Assembly (NCBI GenBank): GCA_965603825.1
Contig: CBFDEM010000052.1
Location: forward strand, 434,001-498,000
Origin: Blepharisma stoltei ATCC 30299
Lineage: Eukaryota; Protista; Ciliophora
DNA: 64,000 bases
Direction: 5' to 3'
Of the stretch, positions 12,888 through 23,022 are shown one piece after another. The notes under the pieces were generated by a model, which did not search any database, had not been told where the DNA came from, and saw only the letters and a list, made by a program, of their open reading frames with translations. A program made the translations under genes and the position numbers. Numbering within the stretch: the first letter of the stretch is position 1; each line of letters opens with the position of its first letter.

Positions 12888-15392
12888 TTAATTGCTGCTA
12901 ATGGCTTGGATAGCATAGTTTGCCATTTCCCTCAGCATAGGGTCATTACCAGTTTTATGTTGTTGCAAATACGTGTTGATGATAGGTGTCCTCAAGATAT
13001 GCACGACATTTTTACCATATGCTCCAGCAATATCTCCAAGAAGTCCTACTGCATTTGCGTGGTGATTTTTGTTTGGTTTAAAAGCGTCACTGATAGCCAT
13101 CATTGTATAATTCACAATACTTTGCATGTTTCCTAATAATAAATCAGTTTGGCCGCACTCTACAAGTCCTTGAAGCAAGCTTACATAAAATTCCAATATG
13201 ACTTCTCTTAAATCACTAAGGTAATCAAACAAGTCTGGGTTTTCAGCTTCCCTTACTTGCTGGACACTTGCATTAGCTGCTCCTTCTATGATTGCAATCG
13301 TATTCCCCAAGTATTCCATAAACAGCTTTTTAGTATGTGCTGCAAAGTCACCTAGACTTTCAATGCTTAATACTTTGACATCAGTGCTAACTACATCACT
13401 TTCTAAATTTCTAAGTAGAGGTGGGACAAAATTGAAAATATAAGGGCCAATTTTCTCTTTCAAAGCTCTTGCTAGATCTCCTACACACATTGTTCCTGCT
13501 CTGCATATACTCATTGAGTCATTTTTATTGAGTGCCCATCCTACAAATGGGCTAAACTGGTCCATAAACACAATAAACCTCCCTTCTATATTCATAGCAA
13601 GAGCTCCTGCTGCCTGCATCCCATCCTCAATAATACTACCTCTTAAGTTAAAAATCTGTATTAGCGTCTCCATAAAGACTTTTGCAGTCTCATCAGTAAT
13701 TGAAGCTTGGCTTGCCCTCGCAAAGCAAGCTTGTAAAGCTGAACATATAAAGGCTTGGACTTGTTCGCTTTTAGGCATTGAAATTGACTGCCTCAGCTGC
13801 TCAATAAAGCTAGGAATTCTTTGCTCAAAAATTGGAACACATTCATTAGGTGCTTTTTCTATGACTGTATTTACAGCACTATAAGCAGAAAGCTGTAAGT
13901 TGTGCTCTGTGTTAAATGAGTCTTGTCTGTATGCTGCTTCTAATAAAGATGTCAATAACAAGTTTACTATGTCTCTTCTAAACAAAGATACTTCAGAGCA
14001 ACGATCTACTAAGTTAATCAAAGCCCAGCAGCAATGACAAGCAACTTTTGGGTGGTCTTTTAAGGATTCTATAAGTTTTGGTACGGTAGGGTTAAACAGC
14101 CCAGGCTGTGACATTATTCTATACTGGATTTCACAAATTTTGGATAAGCTCCATGCAGAAGTTTGCCTTACAGCCAAGCTTTGGTCATTCATCAAGTTTT
14201 TTAAAGCTTCCACCCCAGACGTAAGTAATGGCGATAACTTATTTTCACTAGGCCCATCAACTATTGACCCTAATAAAAGTGCAGCTGAATCTCTATTTTT
14301 CCAATTAGGTGACCTAATTTCTTTACTAATAAAATTGTGCAGCAGATCCACAACAGGGTCCTTTATTATTTGTGCAATTGCACTGATGCAGCTAGAAGAA
14401 GCTTTATGCAAATTCCAGTCATCGTCTTCATCTTCATATATGACTATTTTTGTTAGTAAAATAGGGACCAGAGTATTGGCAGCTGTATTGATAAAACCAT
14501 TAATAGGCTGATTATTTTGGAGTCTGAGTACTTCTATATCAGCTATTACATTCCAAAACTCAATCCCAAGCACAGCTATAGACTGTTCATCATGCTGAAT
14601 TGCAGTATAAGTCACATTTCCCAGCTGAAATAGCGCTGAGCTTAAATACTCATAGTACATAAAAGCAATATCACACAGTGCCTGAAAAGCCTCTAGCCTT
14701 ATCTGCTCCACATTTGCCTGACACGCATTACAGATTAAATCAATAATCACTTGTTTTTCAGTCTCATGCATAAAATTCGACTTTGTGAAAGGCAAAGAAT
14801 TCCTTAAAGCTTGCAATGCAATCTGTTTTACATCTGCATCTGGCTGCTCTGGTGTCAGACTGGCTGCAATCGCAGTCAAAATTTGGTCTGATAAAGATTT
14901 TTCTATGCACTCTGGTGGCAGGTCTTCACAAATATACCCAAGCGTCATCAAGCTGGCTTGTTTAAACATAGGATTCACATTCATAGCATTTGCAATCAAA
15001 ATCGTCAAAATTTCCAGCCACTCCCCTCTTGGTATATCTTTTTTTGCAATGCAGGCAACTGCTTGTGCAGCGCTCAGACGAACATTTCGATCTGGGCATG
15101 CCAAAGTCCCTAAAACGTTGTTTCTTATTTGTGGCTTGGTTTCAGGGTCAATTTTATACCAAATTTCTTCAAGATATGGGTCGTTGTTAGCATTGTTGAT
15201 TGTGTTTTTTAGGACAATTCCTGCAATTTGGCGTGCTAAGATTAAGGAATTTTCGTCTGCCAGAATTGCAGAGAGCTCCAGCATGAAATGGGCAGGGTTT
15301 TGGTGGGTCTGAGTGGTGAGTATTTCATTGGCTGCTTGAGAGTTGGCGTCACCTTTTTGTGCGGAGAGCAGGACCTGAACTAGATTTGACAT
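12888..15392 (-). CDS. KPNB1: Importin beta-1 (karyopherin beta)
   Basis: IBN_N motif ARQIAGIVLKN, TLGYICED, GIEFWNVIADIE, EDEDDDWN, VRQTSAWSL, VGDLARAL. Start moved to the ATG at 15392 (MSNLVQVLL). Confidence 0.95.
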   Translation of the reverse strand: MSNLVQVLLSAQKGDANSQAANEILTTQTHQNPAHFMLELSAILADENSLILARQIAGIVLKNTINNANNDPYLEEIWYKIDPETKPQIRNNVLGTLACPDRNVRLSAAQAVACIAKKDIPRGEWLEILTILIANAMNVNPMFKQASLMTLGYICEDLPPECIEKSLSDQILTAIAASLTPEQPDADVKQIALQALRNSLPFTKSNFMHETEKQVIIDLICNACQANVEQIRLEAFQALCDIAFMYYEYLSSALFQLGNVTYTAIQHDEQSIAVLGIEFWNVIADIEVLRLQNNQPINGFINTAANTLVPILLTKIVIYEDEDDDWNLHKASSSCISAIAQIIKDPVVDLLHNFISKEIRSPNWKNRDSAALLLGSIVDGPSENKLSPLLTSGVEALKNLMNDQSLAVRQTSAWSLSKICEIQYRIMSQPGLFNPTVPKLIESLKDHPKVACHCCWALINLVDRCSEVSLFRRDIVNLLLTSLLEAAYRQDSFNTEHNLQLSAYSAVNTVIEKAPNECVPIFEQRIPSFIEQLRQSISMPKSEQVQAFICSALQACFARASQASITDETAKVFMETLIQIFNLRGSIIEDGMQAAGALAMNIEGRFIVFMDQFSPFVGWALNKNDSMSICRAGTMCVGDLARALKEKIGPYIFNFVPPLLRNLESDVVSTDVKVLSIESLGDFAAHTKKLFMEYLGNTIAIIEGAANASVQQVREAENPDLFDYLSDLREVILEFYVSLLQGLVECGQTDLLLGNMQSIVNYTMMAISDAFKPNKNHHANAVGLLGDIAGAYGKNVVHILRTPIINTYLQQHKTGNDPMLREMANYAIQAISSN

Positions 15393-15486
15393 GCTGTGAC
15401 TAAAATATGGAAGAAATGAATCTTTACCAAAAGTGCGGGATTTTAGAATAAATAGGGTATTAGTAAAAAATAAGGGTAGCATTATA

Positions 15487-15957
15487 TTAAGTTTGCTGTT
15501 TTGGTGCTTCCTTTGCAAGCATTAGCGCTGTGAACTCTTCAAAGCTTAAAAGCCCATCTTGGTCTCTATCACCTTCTCCCATAATCTCATATAGTTCTTC
15601 ATCATTCATAGGCTGCCCCAAACTTTTCATTACATGCTTGATCTGTCCAGGCGCTATAAACCCTGTGTTTTCTCTGTCAAAAATCATAAAAATTTCTTTC
15701 AGCTCTTCCTCAGCGTCCACATCTTTTGTACTTTTCGCTGCAATTTGTAAGAATTCTTCAAATTGCAAATTCCCATCACTATCTACGTCTACATCTTTCA
15801 TAATATCATCAATTTGTTCAGAATTAACTGAAACCCCTACCTTTCTCAATGCAAAAGACAGCTCTTTGCTTGAAATATTGCCACTGGCGTCCTTATCCAT
15901 GGACTGGAAGATTTTTCGGTAGTTTTCGATTTCGTCTTCACTAAACTTTTCGACCAT
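15487..15957 (-). CDS. Calmodulin-like EF-hand protein
   Basis: Four EF-hand loops: DKDASGNISSKE, DVDSDGNLQFEE, DRENTGFIAPGQ, DRDQDGLLSFEE. Confidence 0.92.
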   Translation of the reverse strand: MVEKFSEDEIENYRKIFQSMDKDASGNISSKELSFALRKVGVSVNSEQIDDIMKDVDVDSDGNLQFEEFLQIAAKSTKDVDAEEELKEIFMIFDRENTGFIAPGQIKHVMKSLGQPMNDEELYEIMGEGDRDQDGLLSFEEFTALMLAKEAPKQQT

Positions 15958-15965
15958 TTTAAAAA

Positions 15966-17438
15966 TTATTTTTTATGTTTTCGCTTAAAAATTGTTGTTC
16001 CGGATTCTGGGTGCTTTATTGCGAAATAGTTGTTCCAGCTGCCATTTCTGCCTTGAGCGTAGTTTCTTAGGAGTCTGACGTTGTTTGCGGTGTCGACTTG
16101 GTTTAAGTCTTTTCCGTTGCCGATTAAAAATCCTTCTCTGTGCATTTTTATTAGTAATGCTACTTTTTGAGCATTTGGGCCTAGTTTAGGCTGGTCTGCG
16201 ATACTGGTATCCCATTCAGTCCCAACCTGAGTGAGCGGTTTTTCAACCTGGGTTAAGCTCATTGGCTTCCTAGTCACTGATATATCTTCAGGCTTTCTAT
16301 CAGTCGGCTTCTTCTTTTTAATATTTGTAACTGGTGCTCCTGTAATTTTCGACATCCAAAACGCCATCCTTGCATTTCTATCGTCAAAAACCCTTTTTTG
16401 CATATCATAAAAATCCATCCTCTTAAAATAATCTGTATCTAAATCCTCAAACAAGCTCCTTACATGGCTTGCTGTATAAATAATTTCATCAGGCTCTACT
16501 AAATCTATAGTCAAAATTATAGTCTTAGCAGCACTTCCTTTTACTGCGGTGAGCATTTGTTCAATTTCGTTTTTATTCATTTCTCTTATAAGCTGGGTAA
16601 TTTCAATATCAGTCAATAAATGCTGAGCATTTCTGCCACTGGGAAGATGAGAATAATTGTCACAATGGTATTTGCAGGCTTCACATAGTTCACTTCAGAT
16701 ATCTAGTATTTCTTGCTCATGAAGCAGCCTTCTTGCTGGCTCTTCTAAAGCTCCTCGTTTAAAAGGCTTTGCTTTGCACTCAGGACCAAGTTTCTCTTTT
16801 CCAAGCCTAGAACAGTTGACGCAGAAGCAGCCTAAGTCAACTGAGTGATAATTCACAATCGGCCCATAATAAGCAAAAATATCAAGACGTCCTGTCACAT
16901 TAGAGTGCTCTAAATGTGGGGGAAAAATAAATTTCATTAAAGATTCTATTGTGATCTTATACGGGTCAAATGAAAAATCAGGCTCTTTCACAGGGACTGG
17001 GAAATCAAAAATATCCCTTTCTCTGTTTGCTTGCAAATAGTCGTCACTTCCATGGAATTCATTTCTTAATAAAGAAGTTCCATACTGTGCCCTTAAACTT
17101 GTAGGAGCTTTAACCTTGGCTTCTGCTGGATCTGAAGGACCAATTAATTCTTTCCAAACTCTTATAGGATCTCCACTGATCATAGTCAATAACAAAATTT
17201 CACACGGCCCGCTCTGTATATAATCAATCAAATCCTGATAAAAATCTCGATTTTTAAACTTTGCGAATAGATTCTGTGCGTCTTCTTTATCAAGCACTCT
17301 TGATTCTCTTTCATAAATATTAAGCCCAGAGTCTTCAATTCTTTTAATTATATTTTCCACCTTTTCTCTAGAACTTGCAGTATCAGGTTTAATAACTGCC
17401 AAGGTATATGGCAGAGCTTCCATCTTTCCAATCTCCAT
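15966..17438 (-). CDS. Nucleoside diphosphate kinase-domain protein (group II/axonemal-like) with long C-terminal extension
   Basis: TLAVIKPD, WKELIGP, SLRAQYG, NEFHGSD (catalytic His present). Joined in frame to ORF 15966-16616 through TGA 16695. Confidence 0.85.
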
Positions 17439-17452
17439 TTAATATTTAAATC

Positions 17453-18097
17453 ATGGCACAATATGGGAAAGCTGAGTACTGGGAAGAAAGGTACACAAGG
17501 GACGCTGAGCCATTTGACTGGTATCAGCGCTGGAGTGGTGTTAAAGACGTGGTAACTCAATATGTGTTTCCTACCCACCAAATACTGCATTTAGGATGTG
17601 GAAACTCCCGGCTAAGTGAAGAAATGTATGATGAAGGCTTTATTAACTCTATTAATATTGATATCAGCCAAGTCGTTATTAAAGCAATGCAAGAAAAGTA
17701 CAGAGACAAGCAGACTATGAGATTTTTGCATATGGATGGGAGAAATATGGAATTTGATGATGCGACTTTTGATGCTGTTATTGATAAAGGGACACTTGAT
17801 GCTATTCTCTGTGGGGAAAATTCTACGGCTCATGCAAATAAAATGATTTCAGAAGTGTATAGAGTTTTGTCACCGACTGGAGCTTATGTGGTAATCTCTT
17901 ATGGACAGCCTCCACATAGATATCCTTATTTAGATAAGCCAGAATTTAATTGGGAAATAACGGTTCATCAAGTCCAAAAGCCGACTATTGCGAGTACTGC
18001 TGCGTTAGCTACAGATGATAGAGATCAGCCTAATGTTCATTATATTTACGTCTGCAAAAAGCGTGGAGGAAGAGAAGCACCTAGACAAGAAGCTTAA
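17453..18097 (+). CDS. Class I SAM-dependent methyltransferase, EEF1AKMT4/METTL13-like
   Basis: YWEERY..FDWY, ILHLGCGNSRLSEEMY, IDIS, DAVIDKGTLDAILCG. Confidence 0.92.
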   Translation: MAQYGKAEYWEERYTRDAEPFDWYQRWSGVKDVVTQYVFPTHQILHLGCGNSRLSEEMYDEGFINSINIDISQVVIKAMQEKYRDKQTMRFLHMDGRNMEFDDATFDAVIDKGTLDAILCGENSTAHANKMISEVYRVLSPTGAYVVISYGQPPHRYPYLDKPEFNWEITVHQVQKPTIASTAALATDDRDQPNVHYIYVCKKRGGREAPRQEA

Positions 18098-18121
18098 TAA
18101 AAATAATTATTTTATTAAAAT

Positions 18122-18682
18122 ATGCAGAGACTGCCTAGGTTTGGACAAAAAGGAAATTATTATGATGAAGAATTAGAAAGAAAAGGAATTGAAAAATTAG
18201 AAGAGTTTCTTAAGAGAGAAAAAAAATGCAAAAAAGCAATTGGGACTGTAATCGGAAATTTTGAAGCTGTAGAAGTAATTGAAGATAAAGCAGGGTTAAG
18301 AGGACAATATGGGTATATAATGAATGGAAAATTTTATTTGTTTCCTGAAGAAGCACTTCATTTGATAGGCAAAGGCAATTTAATTGTAAATGATGACCTA
18401 GGGCAGCTGATTAGGAATTGTGGAATGAATATTGATTGCATGAATTGTTATGGCTTTCTAAGAAGAGAAGGAGTATGTTTAAAAAGATCAAAAGAAAATA
18501 TGAGAAATATTTTGTATAAAGCTAGCCAAGAAGATTTATGCAATGAATTTGTGCTAAATAAGTCTGGAAAACCTCTACATGTGAAATCTCCAAGTGATAC
18601 TTTAGATCCTAACTTTGAATTAGTAGCTCTTACTTCTTTATCAAACCCAGCTTTATTACAAATTCAAGAAATTTCTCCATAA
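18122..18682 (+). CDS. Probable tRNA-splicing endonuclease subunit Sen54-like
   Basis: GKFYLFPEEALHLIGKGNL followed by CYGFLRREG resembles the Sen54 N-terminal domain. Confidence 0.55.
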   Translation: MQRLPRFGQKGNYYDEELERKGIEKLEEFLKREKKCKKAIGTVIGNFEAVEVIEDKAGLRGQYGYIMNGKFYLFPEEALHLIGKGNLIVNDDLGQLIRNCGMNIDCMNCYGFLRREGVCLKRSKENMRNILYKASQEDLCNEFVLNKSGKPLHVKSPSDTLDPNFELVALTSLSNPALLQIQEISP

Positions 18683-18702
18683 TTCCTAATTAATTTTATT
18701 TT

Positions 18703-19617
18703 CTAGACCCTAGACATATCAATATCTGCAACACTACAGTAATTCACATGCAAATATTTTTTCCTCACAGCTTGCAAAGGAAACCTCCTGGCGCCTTGCA
18801 GCAAAATGCACATATCTTTGGCACACAGTTTCAAGCTATCTTCTTTATAAGGAGAAGTGTCAAAACTCAGCTCCATTCCTCTCTGCAATATTTTTCTTGA
18901 TAAATATATAGCAGATGCTGCTAGTAATGATGGCTGATATCTAATCATCTTGTATTCAATAAAGGAAAGTTCAATAAGATAGCGTATCAAGTGCACATTT
19001 TGGCTAGATAAATCGAAATCTTGGCTGTAAATTTCTACAAACCTAAAAGGGCTGGGCAGAGTTATTCTGAAATCAAGAACTCTTAGGATCATCCTTTCCA
19101 TAAGCAAAATTTCTTCAGCTGAATAAGCTCTGTCTGTTATATGTGCAAAGTCTTTTACTAACGGTGGGCATGATTCTTCGTATTTACAAGCTATAAACAT
19201 AGCTGTTATCCCTACTAATTGAAGTTTTTGACGTTTAACTGGCTCTTTCTCAAGAAACCGGTCAATCAGGTTGATAGTTAAATAAAGGGTTTCTGGGAAA
19301 AGCTTGAATTTAAGATGGACCTCGACAAGCCAATCTATAAGCATTGCACGCATCTTTTCATTGATATCTAGCTGAGATTTCATATAGCCATATTGAGGAA
19401 TTAAATGAGGCTCAATACAGTGCATACAACTATAAGTTTCGTTCGTATATGTATTCAGTGAAGATTCTGGCGTTTTTTCTTCTACGAAAAATTTTGGCTG
19501 GCTTAGATTTGTAATATTAGTGCCAAAGGATCTATATGATGTACAGGAGTCAATAGTCTTGCTGATTGGCTTCAATGGGCCTTTGCCTAGGGATGTGTTC
19601 GGTAATTGAAGATTCAT
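18703..19617 (-). CDS. Mitotic (A/B-type) cyclin
   Basis: Cyclin box MRAMLIDWLVEVH..ETLYLTINLIDRFL..KLQLVGITAMFIACKYEE. D-box-like RSFGTNITN. Confidence 0.95.
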   Translation of the reverse strand: MNLQLPNTSLGKGPLKPISKTIDSCTSYRSFGTNITNLSQPKFFVEEKTPESSLNTYTNETYSCMHCIEPHLIPQYGYMKSQLDINEKMRAMLIDWLVEVHLKFKLFPETLYLTINLIDRFLEKEPVKRQKLQLVGITAMFIACKYEESCPPLVKDFAHITDRAYSAEEILLMERMILRVLDFRITLPSPFRFVEIYSQDFDLSSQNVHLIRYLIELSFIEYKMIRYQPSLLAASAIYLSRKILQRGMELSFDTSPYKEDSLKLCAKDMCILLQGARRFPLQAVRKKYLHVNYCSVADIDMSRV

Positions 19618-19805
19618 ATGATTTGAATTTTTATTATGAACTGCCAGGCGGCCAAATTTAAATAAATATGATGAATTAGCAATTTTTAAGAAACTCTAAA
19701 TTAGCACTAATAAATCCTTAAATAATGAATTTTGAGCTGTCATATTATTATCAAACATTTTAAATCATTTTAGACTTCTATTAAATTAATATTTAAAAGC
19801 AGATT

Positions 19806-20261
19806 TTAAATAATTTTTTCTAAAAGCATTTCAGAGAATTCTTTGTAATCGATATACCCATTGAGATCTTTATCAGCTTCTGAAATAATAAAATCAATTT
19901 CGTCGTTAGTTAACGGTTCTCCCATGGTCGTCATCACTTGTTTGAATTCTTTTGGGTCAATTCTCCCATCACCATTTCTATCGAACATTTGGAAATATCT
20001 GATCACATCTTCTCTAGTAATAGGCTCCCTTATTTTTTCAGCATACATATGCAAGAACTCATTAAATTCAATCCTGCCAGTTCCTCTAGAATCAGCTCGA
20101 CGGATCATAGCGTCTACTTCAGCGTTTGAAGGGTTCAAATTTAAAGACCTCATTACTTTTCCTACTTCTTTTGCGGATATGCTTCTATCTTTATTGATGT
20201 CGAAAATATCGAATAGCCTTCGGCATTGATCAATTTGGTCTGGAGTCAGCTTATCAACCAT
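19806..20261 (-). CDS. Calmodulin-like EF-hand protein
   Basis: EF loops DINKDRSISAKE, DSRGTGRIEFNE, DRNGDGRIDPKE, DKDLNGYIDYKE. CaM-like MTTMGEPLT. Confidence 0.92.
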   Translation of the reverse strand: MVDKLTPDQIDQCRRLFDIFDINKDRSISAKEVGKVMRSLNLNPSNAEVDAMIRRADSRGTGRIEFNEFLHMYAEKIREPITREDVIRYFQMFDRNGDGRIDPKEFKQVMTTMGEPLTNDEIDFIISEADKDLNGYIDYKEFSEMLLEKII

Positions 20262-20290
20262 TTTATTATGAAAATATTGGTTTTAATTAT

Positions 20291-21178
20291 TTATAGGAAG
20301 GTCTGCTTATAAAAATTTAGCTCTTCTTTGAGGGAGGTTTTAAAAGATTTTTCAGCACGAGAGATCTCATTTTGCATTTTTTCTTTTAAATCTGCTATTT
20401 TTTGGTGGTCTGGGAAGTCAGAATCTTCAATTTCTCTGATGAGGCTGTTATAATTGACTTGGATTTCTGTAATTCTTGAGATTTTGGCTGAACAGTTGCG
20501 TTCCATGATTTCTTCTAATGTTTGTTCAAGCCTATCTGTGAATCTTCCATAGTCAAAAGAAATAGAAAGATGCTCTGAAGAGCAGGTTTCATTTGTGAAA
20601 GAAGAGGATAACTGCAGTTTTTTCAAGCCTTGACTGATTTTTTGTCTTTTTCGGTTTAGGAGTCGGAAATTCAAGTCGTCTTCTTGAGAACGACAGTTTT
20701 TGAGGATTTTTGGAACAGTGTCTTTGATTCGATTGTCTGATTGAGAAATTATTCTTGTAGAGGTTCTCTCAAGCTTTGTGGGGGGTTGGATTACAACTTC
20801 AGGGACTTTTTCTACTATGCACTTCTTGGGGGTATCGTGCTTTTTCTTTGGAATAGGTTTTTTGAACTGCCGAGAGATGTTTTCTGAATGGTTATTCATG
20901 ATCTGTATCACATCAAATCTGCTTAACAGTTGTTTTAGCTTGCTTTGAAAGTAATGCGATAAAGGATTTTGTTTGTAGCTGTAGTGCTCAATTGCTTTTG
21001 TATATAAGTCTACAAGTTCCTGGACTGTTTTCACACTTAAAGATTTTTCTATCAAAAATTCTTTGTTTAAAACTTCTAATCCAAAATCTTTTGGGAGTTC
21101 TGGAGGACATATATTCAAATTGTAGTTGTGCTCGAATGGGATGCTATCTTTATCTTTGATATGACAATTATGGAACAT
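20291..21178 (-). CDS. Hypothetical protein
   Basis: 295-aa ATG..TAA ORF with coding-like composition. No family recognised. Confidence 0.75.
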   Translation of the reverse strand: MFHNCHIKDKDSIPFEHNYNLNICPPELPKDFGLEVLNKEFLIEKSLSVKTVQELVDLYTKAIEHYSYKQNPLSHYFQSKLKQLLSRFDVIQIMNNHSENISRQFKKPIPKKKHDTPKKCIVEKVPEVVIQPPTKLERTSTRIISQSDNRIKDTVPKILKNCRSQEDDLNFRLLNRKRQKISQGLKKLQLSSSFTNETCSSEHLSISFDYGRFTDRLEQTLEEIMERNCSAKISRITEIQVNYNSLIREIEDSDFPDHQKIADLKEKMQNEISRAEKSFKTSLKEELNFYKQTFL

Positions 21179-21641
21179 TTATTATTTTAAGCGAATTCAG
21201 AGAAAAACGCAATTTCAAATTGTATTCAGAAAATTGTAAAATATTTTAAATTATTTGTTATAATTCGTTATTTAATTGAATTCTTAATTGTGAAAAATCT
21301 CTCCAAACTGTGAACATTTAATAAATAGCAAAATGGTTTTTTATTGATTAAAGACTATTAAAATTTCAAATTAATTAAATAAACTAGAATGACCTTAATT
21401 TATATAATATTTCTTTCTATTTAATATTAATTAAAGGCAGAATAATTATAGGCAATCAATAATTGTTTTTAATCTATTAAATTTGCATAGCGATTAGATC
21501 TCATAAGAGAATTCCCTTATCAAAATTGAAGATTCTTAATCAATATGAGTAGGGAAATGTTCTATTTATGCCTTTAATCTACTAATTAAATACCACTTTA
21601 ATTAATTATTGTTTAAATTAAAATATTAAAATAATATCTTC

Positions 21642-22493
21642 ATGTACTCCCCGAGACGCTTGGCTGATACCTTTGCTTTAGATAGACTAAATGCTTTATA
21701 CAGAGCTCCAATTAACAAAAAGTCCGAGGCCAATGCAAAACTTCGACCAGCAGAAATCAGACACCAAGAGATCTGTGATTCACTTATTCAAAATATCAAG
21801 AAAGCTTACCCAAAAACACTAGTAGAAGCACAAAATCCAAATGATACTCAAAATGAATTTCAATCCAATAATATTTTTACATCAAAATTAGCAGACAAGT
21901 ATATAGAAAAAATCGGCCAAGAAAATCTCCAGACTGATTTTAAATCAAATGAAATTACGGAAGAAAAGAATAAAAACTTCACTAAAAGTGCATCAAAACT
22001 GCATACAAATTATATACAAAAAGTAAATATTTTGAAGCAAAAAGTCTCAGAAAAATTTCAAAATATGAAAAATGAGATAGCTGAAGATGTTGAAAAAGAA
22101 GAAAAAAATTATGATGAAGATATAAATAGTAAGTTAGAAAATTTGAGCTGTGAAATAAAATCAAAAAGAATATTGAATAGTAATGAAAAGGTATTGAGGC
22201 AAAAAAGCTTTGTATCTGAGATAAGAGGCAAGGAAAATTTTATTAGAAATAAATCATATTCAACAAGTCTTGAACACAAAGTAGGAGAAAATTTAAGAAA
22301 AAATTACACTAAGCCAATTCTTCAATCAGAATTAAAAACAAATCAAAAGTACTCTTCACTAATTATACCTTCTCTAAGCAAAGATTCCATACTTAAACCA
22401 AGTATTTTAATAAGAGACGCTAAAAATAAAGACATTAGGAGAATTCCAATACAGAGTATAGAGTCAACTAAATATTCCACCTATTATCGTTAA
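21642..22493 (+). CDS. Hypothetical K/E/N-rich protein
   Basis: 283-aa ATG..TAA ORF flanked by AT-rich spacers. Confidence 0.75.
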   Translation: MYSPRRLADTFALDRLNALYRAPINKKSEANAKLRPAEIRHQEICDSLIQNIKKAYPKTLVEAQNPNDTQNEFQSNNIFTSKLADKYIEKIGQENLQTDFKSNEITEEKNKNFTKSASKLHTNYIQKVNILKQKVSEKFQNMKNEIAEDVEKEEKNYDEDINSKLENLSCEIKSKRILNSNEKVLRQKSFVSEIRGKENFIRNKSYSTSLEHKVGENLRKNYTKPILQSELKTNQKYSSLIIPSLSKDSILKPSILIRDAKNKDIRRIPIQSIESTKYSTYYR

Positions 22494-23022
22494 CTAATTG
22501 CATGTTTCAATTTTCCATATCTTAGCATCTTTATTTACATCTAAATCTTCTGAGCTATATTTTCGATTTAGCTTTCAAATAATCTCTTACACATAATCAA
22601 ATTGCAATAAAAAACTATCAATAAATTGTAGATATACGAGCTTCTCATGAGAATCTTTAAATATTAAAAAAAATCCATAATTATCTGGAAATATGCTTTT
22701 TTTGGCTCTTTCCTTTCCAAGTATTCTTATATTTCTAAGTGTTAGCGTGATAAATATTATAATATCTTCAAAATTTAAATTAATTCCCTCGCGCATGACT
22801 AATACAATTTCTGATATTATGTCAATTTTATAATATATAATTTTCCATAAATATCCAGAAATTTCATTGATACTCCAACTAATCTAATAAAAATGAATAA
22901 TTTTATCTATCTCTCAACCAAATAATACGACTTTTACCTTAAATTCCATCAATATTTAAATCTTTGATTAACCCATCCTTGATTTTTTATCTCCTAATAT
23001 CCATTGATTGGATTTATAAAAT

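Noticed and set aside
15393-15518. 42-aa N-terminal extension of importin beta overlapping the calmodulin-like gene
   Set aside because: It starts at TTG and spans an AT-rich spacer. The homologous start is the ATG at 15392.
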